Source: Antedon mediterranea (taxonomy: Eukaryota; Animalia; Echinodermata). From it: a DNA stretch of 64,000 nucleotides. Numbering within the stretch: position 1 is the stretch's first letter; each line of letters opens with the position of its first letter. Location of the stretch: positions 38,552,388 to 38,616,387 of the forward strand of contig NC_092670.1 in assembly GCF_964355755.1 (NCBI RefSeq), given 5' to 3'. Under the pieces are notes generated by a model, which worked only from the letters and a program-made list of their open reading frames with translations, was not told the origin of the DNA and ran no database searches. This document shows positions 35,601-44,646 of this stretch, in pieces. Position numbers and translations under genes: made by a program.

Positions 35601-38584
35601 CTGGTGGTACAGGAGTAAAGATACCCACTGTTACAGGTAATTTAAGGTTTATTACCATAATCAAAATACTATTAAAAAAACATTTTAAATGAAACAACAT
35701 TTTACAGTATTGTTTCAATGTAAAAAAAAAATAAACATAGGAGAAAAATGTATCTATACAATTTAAATTTACATCATGCTTATATTTTAAACAGTATTTT
35801 TTCATTTGACAGGTTTCTGTTGGACACAGTGGTTCGACGATGAAAATGGTGGCAATGTTGATCCATCTGCTCAATATGAAATTGAGTCTATTGACGACAT
35901 CTTTGCACAATATCCAACATTAAGTTGTAAAAACCCTAAGGGAGTCCAATGTCAAACAAACAATGGTGCTTACGATCAGTCAGTCCAGTGTGATGTAGCA
36001 TTTGGTTTAAGGTGTACCAATAGTGAAGGAAAGACTTGTGCAAATTACATGATCCGATTTGTTTGCCCAGAATTGTGCAGCCAAGGAGGAGTTACAGATT
36101 CAGGCTCTATGGGAGGACAAGGTGGAATAGATTCTGGTTCAACAACTGGAGGATCACACACCAGTGGAGGCATGAGTGGAACAGTTGTATCTGGTGGTAC
36201 TGATGGTACAGATTCAGGAGCATCAGGTGCTACTGGAGGATCACAAACCAGTGGAGGCATGAGTGGAACAATTGTATCTGGTGGTACTGATAGTACAGAC
36301 TCTGGAGCATCAGGTGCTACTGGAGGATCACAAACCAGTGGAGGCATGAGTGGAACAGTTGTATCTGGTGGTACTGATGGTACAGACTCTGGAGCATCAG
36401 GTGCTACTGGAGGATCACAAACCAGTGGAGGCATGAGTGGAACAGTTCTATCTGATGGTACAGATTCTGGAGCATCAGACACTACTGGAGGATCACAAAC
36501 CAGTGGAGGCATGAGTGGAACAGTTGTATCTGGTGGTACTGATGGTACAGACTCTGGAGCATCAGGTGCTACAGGAGGATCACACACCAGTGGGGAAATG
36601 ACTGGAACAGTTGTATCTGATGGTACTGATAGTACAGATTCTGGAGCATCAGGTGTTACTGGTGGATCACAAACCAGTGGAGGCATGAGTGGAACAGTTG
36701 GTTCTGGTAGTACTGATGGTACAGACTCTGGAGCATCCGGTGCTACTGGTGGAATTAGTGGTCCTGATACATTGCCAACTGCAGGCACAGTTTTAGTAGC
36801 AGGTTAGTGAATTGCTCTTTCTCTTTTTATTGTGATTAATATTGTACTTGGTGAGGAACAATACATGATTGTATCCATTTGTTTTTTTTTAATACAGTTT
36901 CTTGTACAACAAGTTTGTGTGATGCATTGAGTATGCCAGTCTTTGATATTACCCGTGACGTCGTAGATGTCTCTAAATACTACGTCATGTGTATGGCTGG
37001 CAATGCGTGCAATCCATTTTTCGCCTGCTCCGTCATTAGTGCCATGGTAACAGAATATGAACAAAAATCATCTAGATGTTTGAGTTGGAGAAAAGAAGTA
37101 GGATGCGGTAAGTAATTATTTATGTTTTATTGAAGTTTTATAATTATTCTATAATGGCGCTATTATAAGATATCTTGTACTTATTTTATCGTAATTGTTT
37201 GTAATTCTGGATCTTCGCCAGATGATTTTAGAGTAACCATTTTTTAAAATAATTTATCTTTAAGTTAATTAATTGGTACACTGTGTTTTCTAGATACATC
37301 TTGCTCCGCTGGTCTTGAATTCAAGGAATGTGGATGTGTCAACTCTGTGTGTAGTGTTAGTGACGTGTGTGAACCATGGCAGAGACGCTCCGGATGTGGG
37401 TGCGGCAAAGGATTCTATTTCAAAAACGGCGTTTGTGAATCTTGTGGTAAGCTCTATTTTACTCTTTTGCAGTAAACAATGCTGGGTTTTAAGTTCTACA
37501 GAAGTTACAAAATTGTTGTCTTTGGAACCATCGCAACGTTTGAATAAAATAAAATCTTTTAAACCTAATTCTAAAAACATCTCATAGGTAGACCAACTAC
37601 AATTGTCTGGACACCCAAGTCAAATAAAAATAAACAGCATGCAGTATCTTGTCTTTTGACAAACCGTATGTCATACTGTATAATATATCTCTCATCACAG
37701 TATACAATATTGATATAGAATCCCCAAAACAATCCAGTGTATGCATTTGCAAATATATGTACCACATTGTGTAATCAAAACATCAGTATTAAAGTACACC
37801 CTCGAAGTATACTCAATGCATTATGCAAACATTCTCATGTTGTTATTTTTGTATTTCTTTTTCATTTTTCAGAACATTATGATGGTAGCTTGGATGTTGT
37901 ACCAGCATCAACCGCAGGTTAGTTTTTCTAATTGTGTTTTTATATTAAGCTGGTACTAGATTCTTTCTAGTACATCATCCACTAGTATATCATTAAATTG
38001 TACATGATGCAATAGTGCATGATGCAATAGTACATCATGCAATAGTACATAATCCAATAGTACATCATGTTATATTACATCATCCAATAGTGCATCATTT
38101 AATAGTACATCATTCAATAGTACATCATTTAATAGTAATGTGTAATTCCTTCATCTTCCTTAACATCTTTACCAAGGATATTCAATTATTACACTTGGAA
38201 ACAAACTTCAATGGTGTAATTTAATCTTTGTTAAATGTAGGCCTACGTTTAACAGATATTTGAATCTTTTTTACAGGAAATTGTCGCCACCGTCGAGTTG
38301 AGAAAGTACACAACGTACAGTTCGATGATGGATCAGTGTGCAATGCAACATTTGCTGTTGATGAATGCAGCGGTAAATGCGCGTCACGATCAGCAACAAA
38401 TGGAATGGTCGAAAACATGATGGCTTCACGTTCGCAAACATGCGGATGTTGTAGACCTTTTGAACCCGTTGGAAAAATGATTCCTGTTCAATGCGACGCT
38501 AGTGGTGCCATCAAGGAAATCAATGTAGAAGTGTTCGATAGTTGTGTTTGTGAACAAAACCGGGATTGTACATTTCAAGATTAA
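5555..38584 (+). CDS. Gene A: secreted gel-forming mucin/VWF-like protein with a 16x CysD array and C-terminal cystine knot (37 exons, about 5,990 aa)
   Basis: Manually joined exons, all GT-AG and phase-consistent: 5555-5644, 7456-7519, 8847-9084, 10182-10228, 10402-10727, 11217-11361, 11798-11965, 13477-13644, 14278-14515, 14931-15218, 15675-15721, 16075-16278, 16604-16788, 17126-17230, 17442-17730, 18402-18593, 19369-19452, 19722-22484, 22668-23162, 23324-24277, 24550-25044, 25206-26480, 26654-27403, 27580-28242, 28417-29253, 29429-29917, 30092-30928, 31103-32113, 32289-32777, 32952-33788, 33963-34799, 34974-35636, 35813-36802, 36898-37107, 37294-37446, 37873-37917, 38277-38584. The summed length (17,979 nt) is a multiple of 3. 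Domains were recognised from motifs (TFD..Y, CGLCG.FN, C8 ...SWR, TIL, CWT.W, CK). Confidence 0.88.
6588..6727. mobile_element. MITE family 1 copy (left TIR missing)
   Basis: Internal GTGCCCATATATGGACATGATG...CACTACCATATTTGG and right TIR. Confidence 0.75.
7079..7380. mobile_element. Two adjacent copies of MITE family 2 (TTGGTTCCCAC..GACGCAACGCAAGG palindromic element)
   Basis: Similar to the 54631-54747 copy; internal inverted repeats (gaccaatcacaagc / tgattggtc). Confidence 0.6.
7456..7519 (+). CDS. Gene A exon 2, short acidic linker
   Basis: CAG acceptor, KETDADKDSEDVFGVRAHAEE; phase 0 in and phase 1 out bridges exon 1 to exon 3. Confidence 0.65.
8645..8795. mobile_element. MITE family 1 copy
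   Basis: Both TIRs present (AAGCTCTGTC...GACAGAGCTT). Confidence 0.75.
8847..10228 (+). CDS. Gene A exons 3-4: TIL + E module
   Basis: ECPSDMEFIECGGPCQATCTNP...CIPLGECRCEYDG...DCNN/CTCNGDQWECTENKCG. Confidence 0.88.
9690..10135. repeat. Repeat or transposon remnant with (AGGCCT/AGCCT)n ends and an internal ~55-bp duplication
   Basis: gcctaggcctagc motifs at both ends; gaggaagcag...ctaccgccagcagacgg...gctggatg occurs twice. Confidence 0.4.
10402..15721 (+). CDS. Gene A exons 5-11: VWD-C8-TIL-E (D2-type) then TIL'-E' (D')
   Basis: ATCWTAGLGSFKTFDNKYY, TCGLCGTFNNNIDDEF, C8 ACHSKVNPDPYYAACQSDVC...SWR, two TIL domains and E modules. Confidence 0.88.
10863..11087. mobile_element. MITE family 1 copy carrying a LINE/SINE 3'-tail insertion
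   Basis: Both TIRs present; internal (TCAA)n-...ATTTATATAGCGCC insert at about 10935-11000. Confidence 0.75.
11398..11652. mobile_element. MITE family 1 (11470-11619) nested inside MITE family 2
   Basis: Family-2 halves (gacgcaatgcaag... / cttgcgttgcgtcctagggggaaccaa) flank a full family-1 copy. Confidence 0.7.
12363..12505. mobile_element. MITE family 1 copy
   Basis: TIRs and core match the other copies. Confidence 0.8.
12652..12727. repeat. 15-bp tandem repeat (TAAGCCTTAAGRAGG), about 5 copies
   Basis: Direct reading. Confidence 0.8.
13030..13140 (+). mobile_element. L2/CR1-like LINE 3' end remnant
   Basis: FKTLLKTHLFSL* followed by the cagcgctttgg...aagcgctatataaat tail. Confidence 0.5.
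13150..13427. mobile_element. Partial copy of the TTAA-flanked non-autonomous DNA transposon (also 55129-55452 and about 1-85)
   Basis: Shared aagtctgatt...ttttcatgtttttgg..gacaatacatctTTAA right end. Confidence 0.6.
14058..14197. mobile_element. MITE family 1 copy
   Basis: TIRs and core match. Confidence 0.8.
14710..14896. mobile_element. Putative MITE (family 3)
   Basis: Imperfect TIRs taaagacatactcagacagc / gctgtctgaattagcctta. Confidence 0.4.
15336..15488. mobile_element. MITE family 1 copy
   Basis: TIRs and core match. Confidence 0.8.
16075..18593 (+). CDS. Gene A exons 12-16: D3 assembly (VWD-C8-TIL)
   Basis: CMAWGESHFTSFDG, GLCGNFDGNKTNDF, D3-type C8 [28 protein letters not shown], shortened TIL. 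Confidence 0.9.
16835..17020 (-). mobile_element. tRNA-derived SINE copy (5' truncated)
   Basis: The reverse complement matches the 55795-56060 element, including the B-box GGTTCAAGTCC. Confidence 0.7.
17761..17996. mobile_element. MITE family 1 composite copy (internal duplication)
   Basis: Both TIRs present; the core occurs twice. Confidence 0.75.
18225..18340. mobile_element. MITE family 1 partial copy
   Basis: Left TIR and core. Confidence 0.65.
18783..19278. repeat. 41-bp minisatellite, about 12 nearly identical copies
   Basis: Unit GACACACCCTGCCCATGACAGGAGTAAACGGTGCTATGTCA; no unique spacers, so not a CRISPR array. Confidence 0.92.
19369..19452 (+). CDS. Gene A exon 17: 28-aa aromatic-rich micro-exon
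   Basis: ttttgtAG acceptor and GTAAGT donor, 84 nt, phase 1-1, open frame GITYSYRYYQFFWTITEGYKITWTYLGN. Confidence 0.65.
19722..22484 (+). CDS. Gene A exon 18: CysD + 14 acidic Ser-Gly 50-aa repeats
   Basis: YCWTRWFDDENGG...CYNYKIRFIC, then 150-bp repeats GETPTSGGMGAEIVSGQDGKDTEPKDSGEDEEPSGEVDTDAPDSGTDGAA. Confidence 0.92.
22668..26480 (+). CDS. Gene A exons 19-22: CysD domains 2-5 with Gly/Ser/Thr linkers (two-exon unit duplicated)
   Basis: Exons 22668-23162, 23324-24277, 24550-25044 and 25206-26480, each opening with YCWTQWFDDENGG; 1882-bp duplication period. Confidence 0.9.
26654..36802 (+). CDS. Gene A exons 23-33: eleven near-identical CysD + 29-aa-repeat linker exons
   Basis: Each begins tttgacAG|GT TTC TGT TGG (GFCWTQWFDDENG); ten end KIPTVT G|GT and the last ends TVLVA G|GT; introns 173-176 bp; all phase 1-1. 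Confidence 0.92.
36898..37917 (+). CDS. Gene A exons 34-36: degenerate C8, TIL, short linker
   Basis: VSCTTSLCDALSMPVF...YYVMC...CLSWRKEVGC (C8-like); DTSCSAGLEFKECGCVNSVC...GCGCGKGFYFKNGVCESC (TIL); EHYDGSLDVVPASTA. Confidence 0.8.
37966..38136. repeat. 15-bp degenerate tandem repeat (ATAGTACATCATNYA), about 11 copies, intronic
   Basis: Direct reading. Confidence 0.75.
38277..38584 (+). CDS. Gene A terminal exon: C-terminal cystine knot (CTCK)
   Basis: 11 Cys with the mucin/VWF CK pattern C...C...CSGKC...CGCC...C...CVC...C; TAA stop at 38582-38584. Confidence 0.92.
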
Positions 38585-39139
38585 AAACTCGGAAATAATT
38601 AATCAACTTCAGCAATTATTTTAGATAGAAACCATAGATTCCCGAAGGGATCTGAATTCGGCAATGTTTTGTAATTTTATTTTTAAATGTGCTATAGTTA
38701 CAAAAATTGTCTGTTATGTTTGTTTTGTTAGCAGGATGCTGTGTATATATCATTTTAAATGATTTATGATGAAGAAATAATTTGTTACATAAAAACACTG
38801 CTCTGTTATTTATCATTTTTTTCCTATTTCGCCATCATAGGGCGTACATTAAAGTTAACTGATATTGAGAAAGTGAACCCAAAGTTTAACAACCAAAACG
38901 AAAGTTTGGCTATTATTTATTGAGGCTGTACACGATTGAGACAATGTCTAACGTTATGATTATGTGAACATAGGCATACTAGTTATTAAGCACGCTGTTT
39001 TTGCTGTTAAATATTGCTTGATTACTGACGTTTCTAAAATGTTTGTCTCCTCTGTTAAAACATAGGTTCAATTAAAGATAATGTGTGTTGATTTACTAAA
39101 AAAAAAGTCCAATAATAATTGTGTGTTTTATTAAGTTAA

Positions 39140-39145
39140 AATAAA
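39140..39145 (+). terminator. Putative polyadenylation signal of gene A
   Basis: AATAAA about 550 nt after the stop, followed by a U/GU-rich tract (tgttttgttttttaattgttgtttt). Confidence 0.45.
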
Positions 39146-39604
39146 TGTGGAACCTTTTTAAAAACTGTTTTGTTTTTTAATTGTTGTTTTCTTAATTTCA
39201 TTACATTTATTTAAAAAAACAAGGTCATGGATAATAGATTTATCAGATTCAGAAGTTGAACTGAACTTGTTCGTATTCACAATGTTTAATATACTGTTTG
39301 TGGTTGATAGAACTTTCAGTTATATTGAGCTTATAAGAGCTAGAATAGTGTGTGGGTTGGGTCTCTGATATTATCACCGGCTCTTAAACCTAATTAATTG
39401 CGGTTTATGTTTACTTTCCGTGTTTAGATTGTTGACTTGGTTACAGGCGATAAGCTTGTTGTTTTGCAATTGCGCATATTTGGTTTCTTTGATTCCAAAA
39501 GTTTCAAAGAACACAGCTTATAAATGTCAACCAAACATCATTATCGAATGTTAACTTTTTAGAAATTAATTACATTTTGTGATATTAGTAGGCATATTAT
39601 ATGT

Positions 39605-40055
39605 CATAATGTAACAATGTTTTTAACACCAAGATCGGCGAATTTCAGCAAGGTTTCTGATACTTTTAGAGAAATCTTTTTAGTTAAATTGTGAATTCAT
39701 CATTTTATTTCATTATTTATTCGGTCTATTTCTATATAGACAAGAGACTAAGTGAACTTAATCACTGTAGCTGAGCCGGTTGACCAAACCCCAAAGTCAG
39801 TTTACACATAAAAGACACTAAATACAGTTAAAGCGAATTATATATCGTAATGTAACAATTTTTTAACACCAAGATCGGCGAATTTCAGCAAGGTTTCTGT
39901 TAAATCCGTTTTAGTCAAATTATGAATTCATTATTTCATTTTATTGTTTATTCGGTCTATTTCAATATATAAATAACAAAAAAAAAATGAAATTGGGGAG
40001 ACCAGGTTCAACCTAAGTGAACCTAATCACTGTAGCTAAATACAGTTAAAGCGAA
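39605..40055. repeat. Imperfect direct duplication (about 240 bp) between the two genes
   Basis: aatgtaacaat..ttttaacaccaagatcggcgaatttcagcaaggtttctg at about 39608 and 39849. Confidence 0.7.
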
Positions 40056-40739
40056 TCAAAATGAATGTGAACTTTTCTAATAAAGGATGATGGCTTTATA
40101 GAACTGCAGCATCTGTCAATAAGTATCAAATCTTAAAGAAAGTGGTATTTTACTTATTAATATATTTTAAACCCTTTATATTGCAGTTGATTTTCATAGT
40201 TTCCAGAACAAAAAATTGTGTGTAAGATTTTTCTAAATGTTTGGGGTTAGCAAATCAGAAAAAGTCTACACTTTACTTCTGACGTAATTTTAATATTCTT
40301 CTAAACTACTCATTAATGTTAAATAACAAAATAATACAGCAGCAGGCATACAATAGAGTTTTTCTAGAAAGCTTCGCATTTCTACATTTTTGCTTTAAAA
40401 ATTCTTCTGCTATCTAGAAGTGTTGCTTTTTCAGAAATGTTTCTCTGGGCCTTAATACTATGGAAGCTTGTGATATTTTAACATGGAAACGTCTGATATT
40501 GGGTCGATACGTTGAGTTGTTCAGGTTAGGCATGTACCTCTAGTCTGTCATTATCTCACATCAAACAAACCAATGTCTGTATGAACAAGATAATCGTAAT
40601 CTTTTCTGATTTATGGGGAGGATATGTAGTTGACCCTTGTATTACCCGTCGTATACACTAAAAGGTGTCATCCCGATTTTCCACATTGTAAAACTAGACG
40701 AGAGACAGGAACGTACTCAGTTTTGCGTGATATACAGTG

Positions 40740-40746
40740 TATATAT
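40740..40746 (+). promoter_or_regulatory. Putative TATA-like box of gene B
   Basis: TATATAT about 70 nt upstream of a Kozak-context ATG (accATGG, 40815). Confidence 0.4.
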
Positions 40747-40814
40747 GAGTACTTGTACAAAGTGGAAAACTTGTGAAAGAGAAGATCCGGTGTTGAGCTT
40801 AGGGTTCTAGAACC

Positions 40815-43800
40815 ATGGCCTCCATCATCAAATCGGTCACATTCATCTTCGCCATTATTTATTGCGCGTCCATTGGTGAAACTTCAAGGTATGAAATATA
40901 ATTTATTTTCAATTTAAACTTTCAATAATTATTTTGGTTAGGCCTACTCTCTTAAGGAATAGTAGTATCTAAAACATTATTTATCTATTGTAGGGTATTT
41001 TAATTATAATCAATATTCATTGTTGCTTTAATTGAATATTCCTGACATGTTAGATCCATACTTTCATGTTTTTGGCTTTGTATCGAATTCTGAATTGTAG
41101 AAAATTTATGCTGTTTTTTTTATTTAAGAAATATTATTTCCCTCCATAATAATACATTTCAGTCATATTTTTCAAAGTCTGATTTTCTTAAGCGGCATCT
41201 TTTTTTATGTTATAAAAAAAATAGCAAAGATAATTTTATTTCTACCTTACTGAAGTGAAATTTGAGTAATTTTATCAACACGATTTCCACTTTTTCTACA
41301 ATAATTACTAGTACAGTACTTATCATTTTTCTGTGGAATTAGGCAACTTAATCTGAACGTATATACTTTAAATTAATACATGTTAGTGTACATATTCAAA
41401 ATACTGTTAATCTGAGATACAGCACTGGGAATCGTGTGAATTCATGTCTGAAACCAGTCAAGTAGCATAGAGTGGTTCCACCTCTTCCATGAGCAGCAGT
41501 AGTAAAATCATTCTACGAATGAAGTACTGTAGATCCTAATAACAGCTGTTACTGTGTATGATTCCACCAAACATTCGAGTTAAAATCACGATTGTGAGGC
41601 ATTTAATAAATATTCAAACTGCTTAAAATATCTTGACATGTTTCGAGAAACTATTCTCATCATAAGAACAGAAAACAAGGCCTAGAGTACTTATATACAG
41701 GAGAGTATTTATATAGGACATGTTGTATGTAAATGAGGAAGTAATTAGCATGATACTGTAGTTACTTCTTGTTGAGTTTCTTAAATAAATTAATATCAAG
41801 GTGTTACTTGATTTACCTCAAAACGATAATTTGCTTTACTATCACTAAACTGAAATCCTATGAAATAATTTTTGTTTTTTATAGATATGTAGGAAAATAC
41901 AGTGCCGATCAGTCTTTAAATGCTTACCGAGATTTCAATGGTAAGATTCATTTTCATTTTCTTTGTTTTCACATCTTTATTAGTGGCTTAACTTATCAGG
42001 CCTAGGCCAAATAATACATAATATTAATGATATAAATAGCGTATAAGCAGGCTCTCAAAGCGCTGTACATTGAAGTAAAACATAGGAAAGGGAACAATTG
42101 TTAGGGTCTAGATAAATGGAAAGCTTGCTGAAAAGAAAAACATTTCAGTGGGTCTTAAAAGACATCAAAATTGCACACTGTCGGATTGGAATTGGTACAA
42201 CGTTAGAGCTGCCACGCCTTACTAGACTATTTGATGTACATGACAAAGTTTCACAATTTTGAATAGAATGAGCTTGATAGACCTAATAACAGCAATGTTA
42301 CATTTAAGATACACAAATTTTCTTGGTAATAACAAATATTTTATTGTAACGATACCTGTTACGATACCTGTTATGATACCTGCTTTCTGCAATAATAATC
42401 TGTCATCAGAAAAGGTAGAGAATATTTACATAAATAGGCATAGCACAAATATATAAGTCTATTACTATATTTTAAGATAGGCCTACTGGAATGCGTTGTA
42501 TTCCTCACTCAGTTTTTACTTGGGAAGAATGAGAGTACTCTCAGTCTTTCCAAGGCTATCTAGTCTTGCTTATTCCTGGTTATAATAATATGAAACTAAT
42601 GGTAGATGCAGCCAGCTTAAATGATATTTTACATGATGATGTTTTCTTTTTTTTTTCGTTTTCTTAATACAGTCTTATTTTGTTAAAGATGATATTTTTT
42701 TTTTTTTTTTTAATACAGTCTTATTTTGTTAAAGAACATTTACGTGTGTGTTGTGTGTTTAAAAAAAAATCTTTTTTGTTCTTTCACTAAAAAATAGGGA
42801 GCATTAGAGCCAATCTGTAATTGTGTAATGCTTTAAGTTTTACTCTTAATGTCGTAATCGAAATGGGGAATAAATGATGTAAAAAAAGATACAATTAAAA
42901 TAATTTCGTTGCAAAATGTTTACCTTAAATGTTTGCATAAAGTTAAGAGACAAACAGGACGTTGGCGTGATGACGTCAAACCGAAGATACCCTATTCCAC
43001 CCACGGTCTCAGTGCATATTGTGCTTTCTAATAATATCAGGTTGTCTTTTTGTAGTTTATAAAAGACCACGGTCGACAAATAACACATTATATGATAACG
43101 ATGTATTTGACTAGTATGTTTTTATCAGTTGTGATCTTGTTATGTTCTTTAACATTCCAAATATTAAGGTTGAATGTGTATTTAATGCATTGGGTTACAG
43201 ATAAATCTGTACATTTAGCTCTACCTATTCATCTCTTGGTTTTGTTATTTAACATTCCAAATAGAAGGATTTTATGTTGTATGAACATTTTCTAACAATT
43301 CGTTTATGTGAAAAGTCAGGAAAAAAGGAAATGAAGCAAGTATCGTATATAGAAAACGTTGATAACTAATATACAGTGCCAATTAATATACTCATTACAA
43401 TATGTTTTGTTTTCAACATGACAAATCCTATGTAGGTTACAACTAATGGTAATGACTCGAGAACTTTTCGTTTGTTTTTAATAGTTGTTTTTCGGTTGTT
43501 TTCATTTAGTTCTTGTAATGTATTATGAAAGATTAAAAGTAATAAATAAAAAATAATTTAAAAAATAAGTTATTAGGGAAACACGCAAACGTTATTGTAC
43601 AATAATTGGTTTATGGAAATCAATGACAACATTGTCAAAATGAAGTTTAACAGAACGCAAAAATAATTTAAAACACAGAATAGCGTCAATTTAAAATTAT
43701 TGTTAAATCCGATCTATTGTGTCTTTGTGATGAAAACTATATTACAAATTAGATTATGCCTATTAAACAAAAATAATGACTCGAGTGAAAGTAAGAAACT

Positions 43801-44646
43801 AGTAGTTTAGACCTACTACCATTGTGTCTTTTTAAGATAAGATAAGATAACTTTATTTCGTCTACAAACAAGTGGAAATGATGGTGTTTGTCTCATACAA
43901 AGTTAAAACATTAACAGAAAACCAAATATCAGAAACAATTTGAAAACATGTATTGTGTAGATGTCAATTATACTGAAACTATGACGTAAATGTTTCCTCA
44001 TTTATAACTGTCATAATAATTATGGGGGAAGGGGGTGGAGGGTCTACGATAATTGATAACAAGTCCTTCCAAAATAGAACAAAATGGTCGTGCCGAATCG
44101 TACGTTTTATGATCGGTGCAGATGAATACGTGGGTTGTCAAAATAGATACTCACGCCTACGTTTAGATACTGTAAAGCTACTGAGTAAACACACACATCT
44201 TGCTTGACCCTGTTCATCGATTCGCAAAAACGAATACAGTATTAGGCTTTATAATATCAGAAAGGATAATGTTTTAATATTAGAGATTATAGAGAGAAAA
44301 AAGCGTGTATTAAGAATGTAGACATTGTAATATTAATGGGAAAGGTCAATAAAAGGTCAATAAAAGGTCAATAAAAGTATACTGTCAGAAAAAATAATAT
44401 ATTAGAGATTAAAGAGAGAGAAAAAAACATGAATTAAAAATGTAGAAATTGTAAAATAACTAAAAAACTATATTAGGCTACAATTGTCTGTCATTCAGAA
44501 TGCAATGAGGAAGGATTAACAAGAATGGAAAGAACAATGAAATTATAATATTCTTAATTATAATTGGTTTTCAGATCTTCATGTTCAGAAACGTGCTGCC
44601 CAACCGATTCCGAGGCTACCTCCGCTTCCCGCAACCGGCTCACCAC
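40815..44646 (+). CDS. Gene B exons 1-3: signal peptide and short pro-region
   Basis: MASIIKSVTFIFAIIYCASIGETS/RYVGKYSADQSLNAYRDFN/DLHVQKRAAQPIPRLPPLPATGSP; intron phases 2, 1, 1. Confidence 0.72.

Noticed and set aside
23592-36788. Many antisense Pro/Val/Ser-rich ORFs (PPLVCDPPVAPDAPESV...)
   Set aside because: Reverse-complement shadows of the Gly/Ser/Thr repeats
37971-38224. His-rich ORF (HHAIVHNPIVHH...) as a possible metal-binding exon
   Set aside because: It is the translation of a 15-bp intronic repeat; the nearest AG (37970) meets an in-frame TAA after 8 codons and there is no convincing donor
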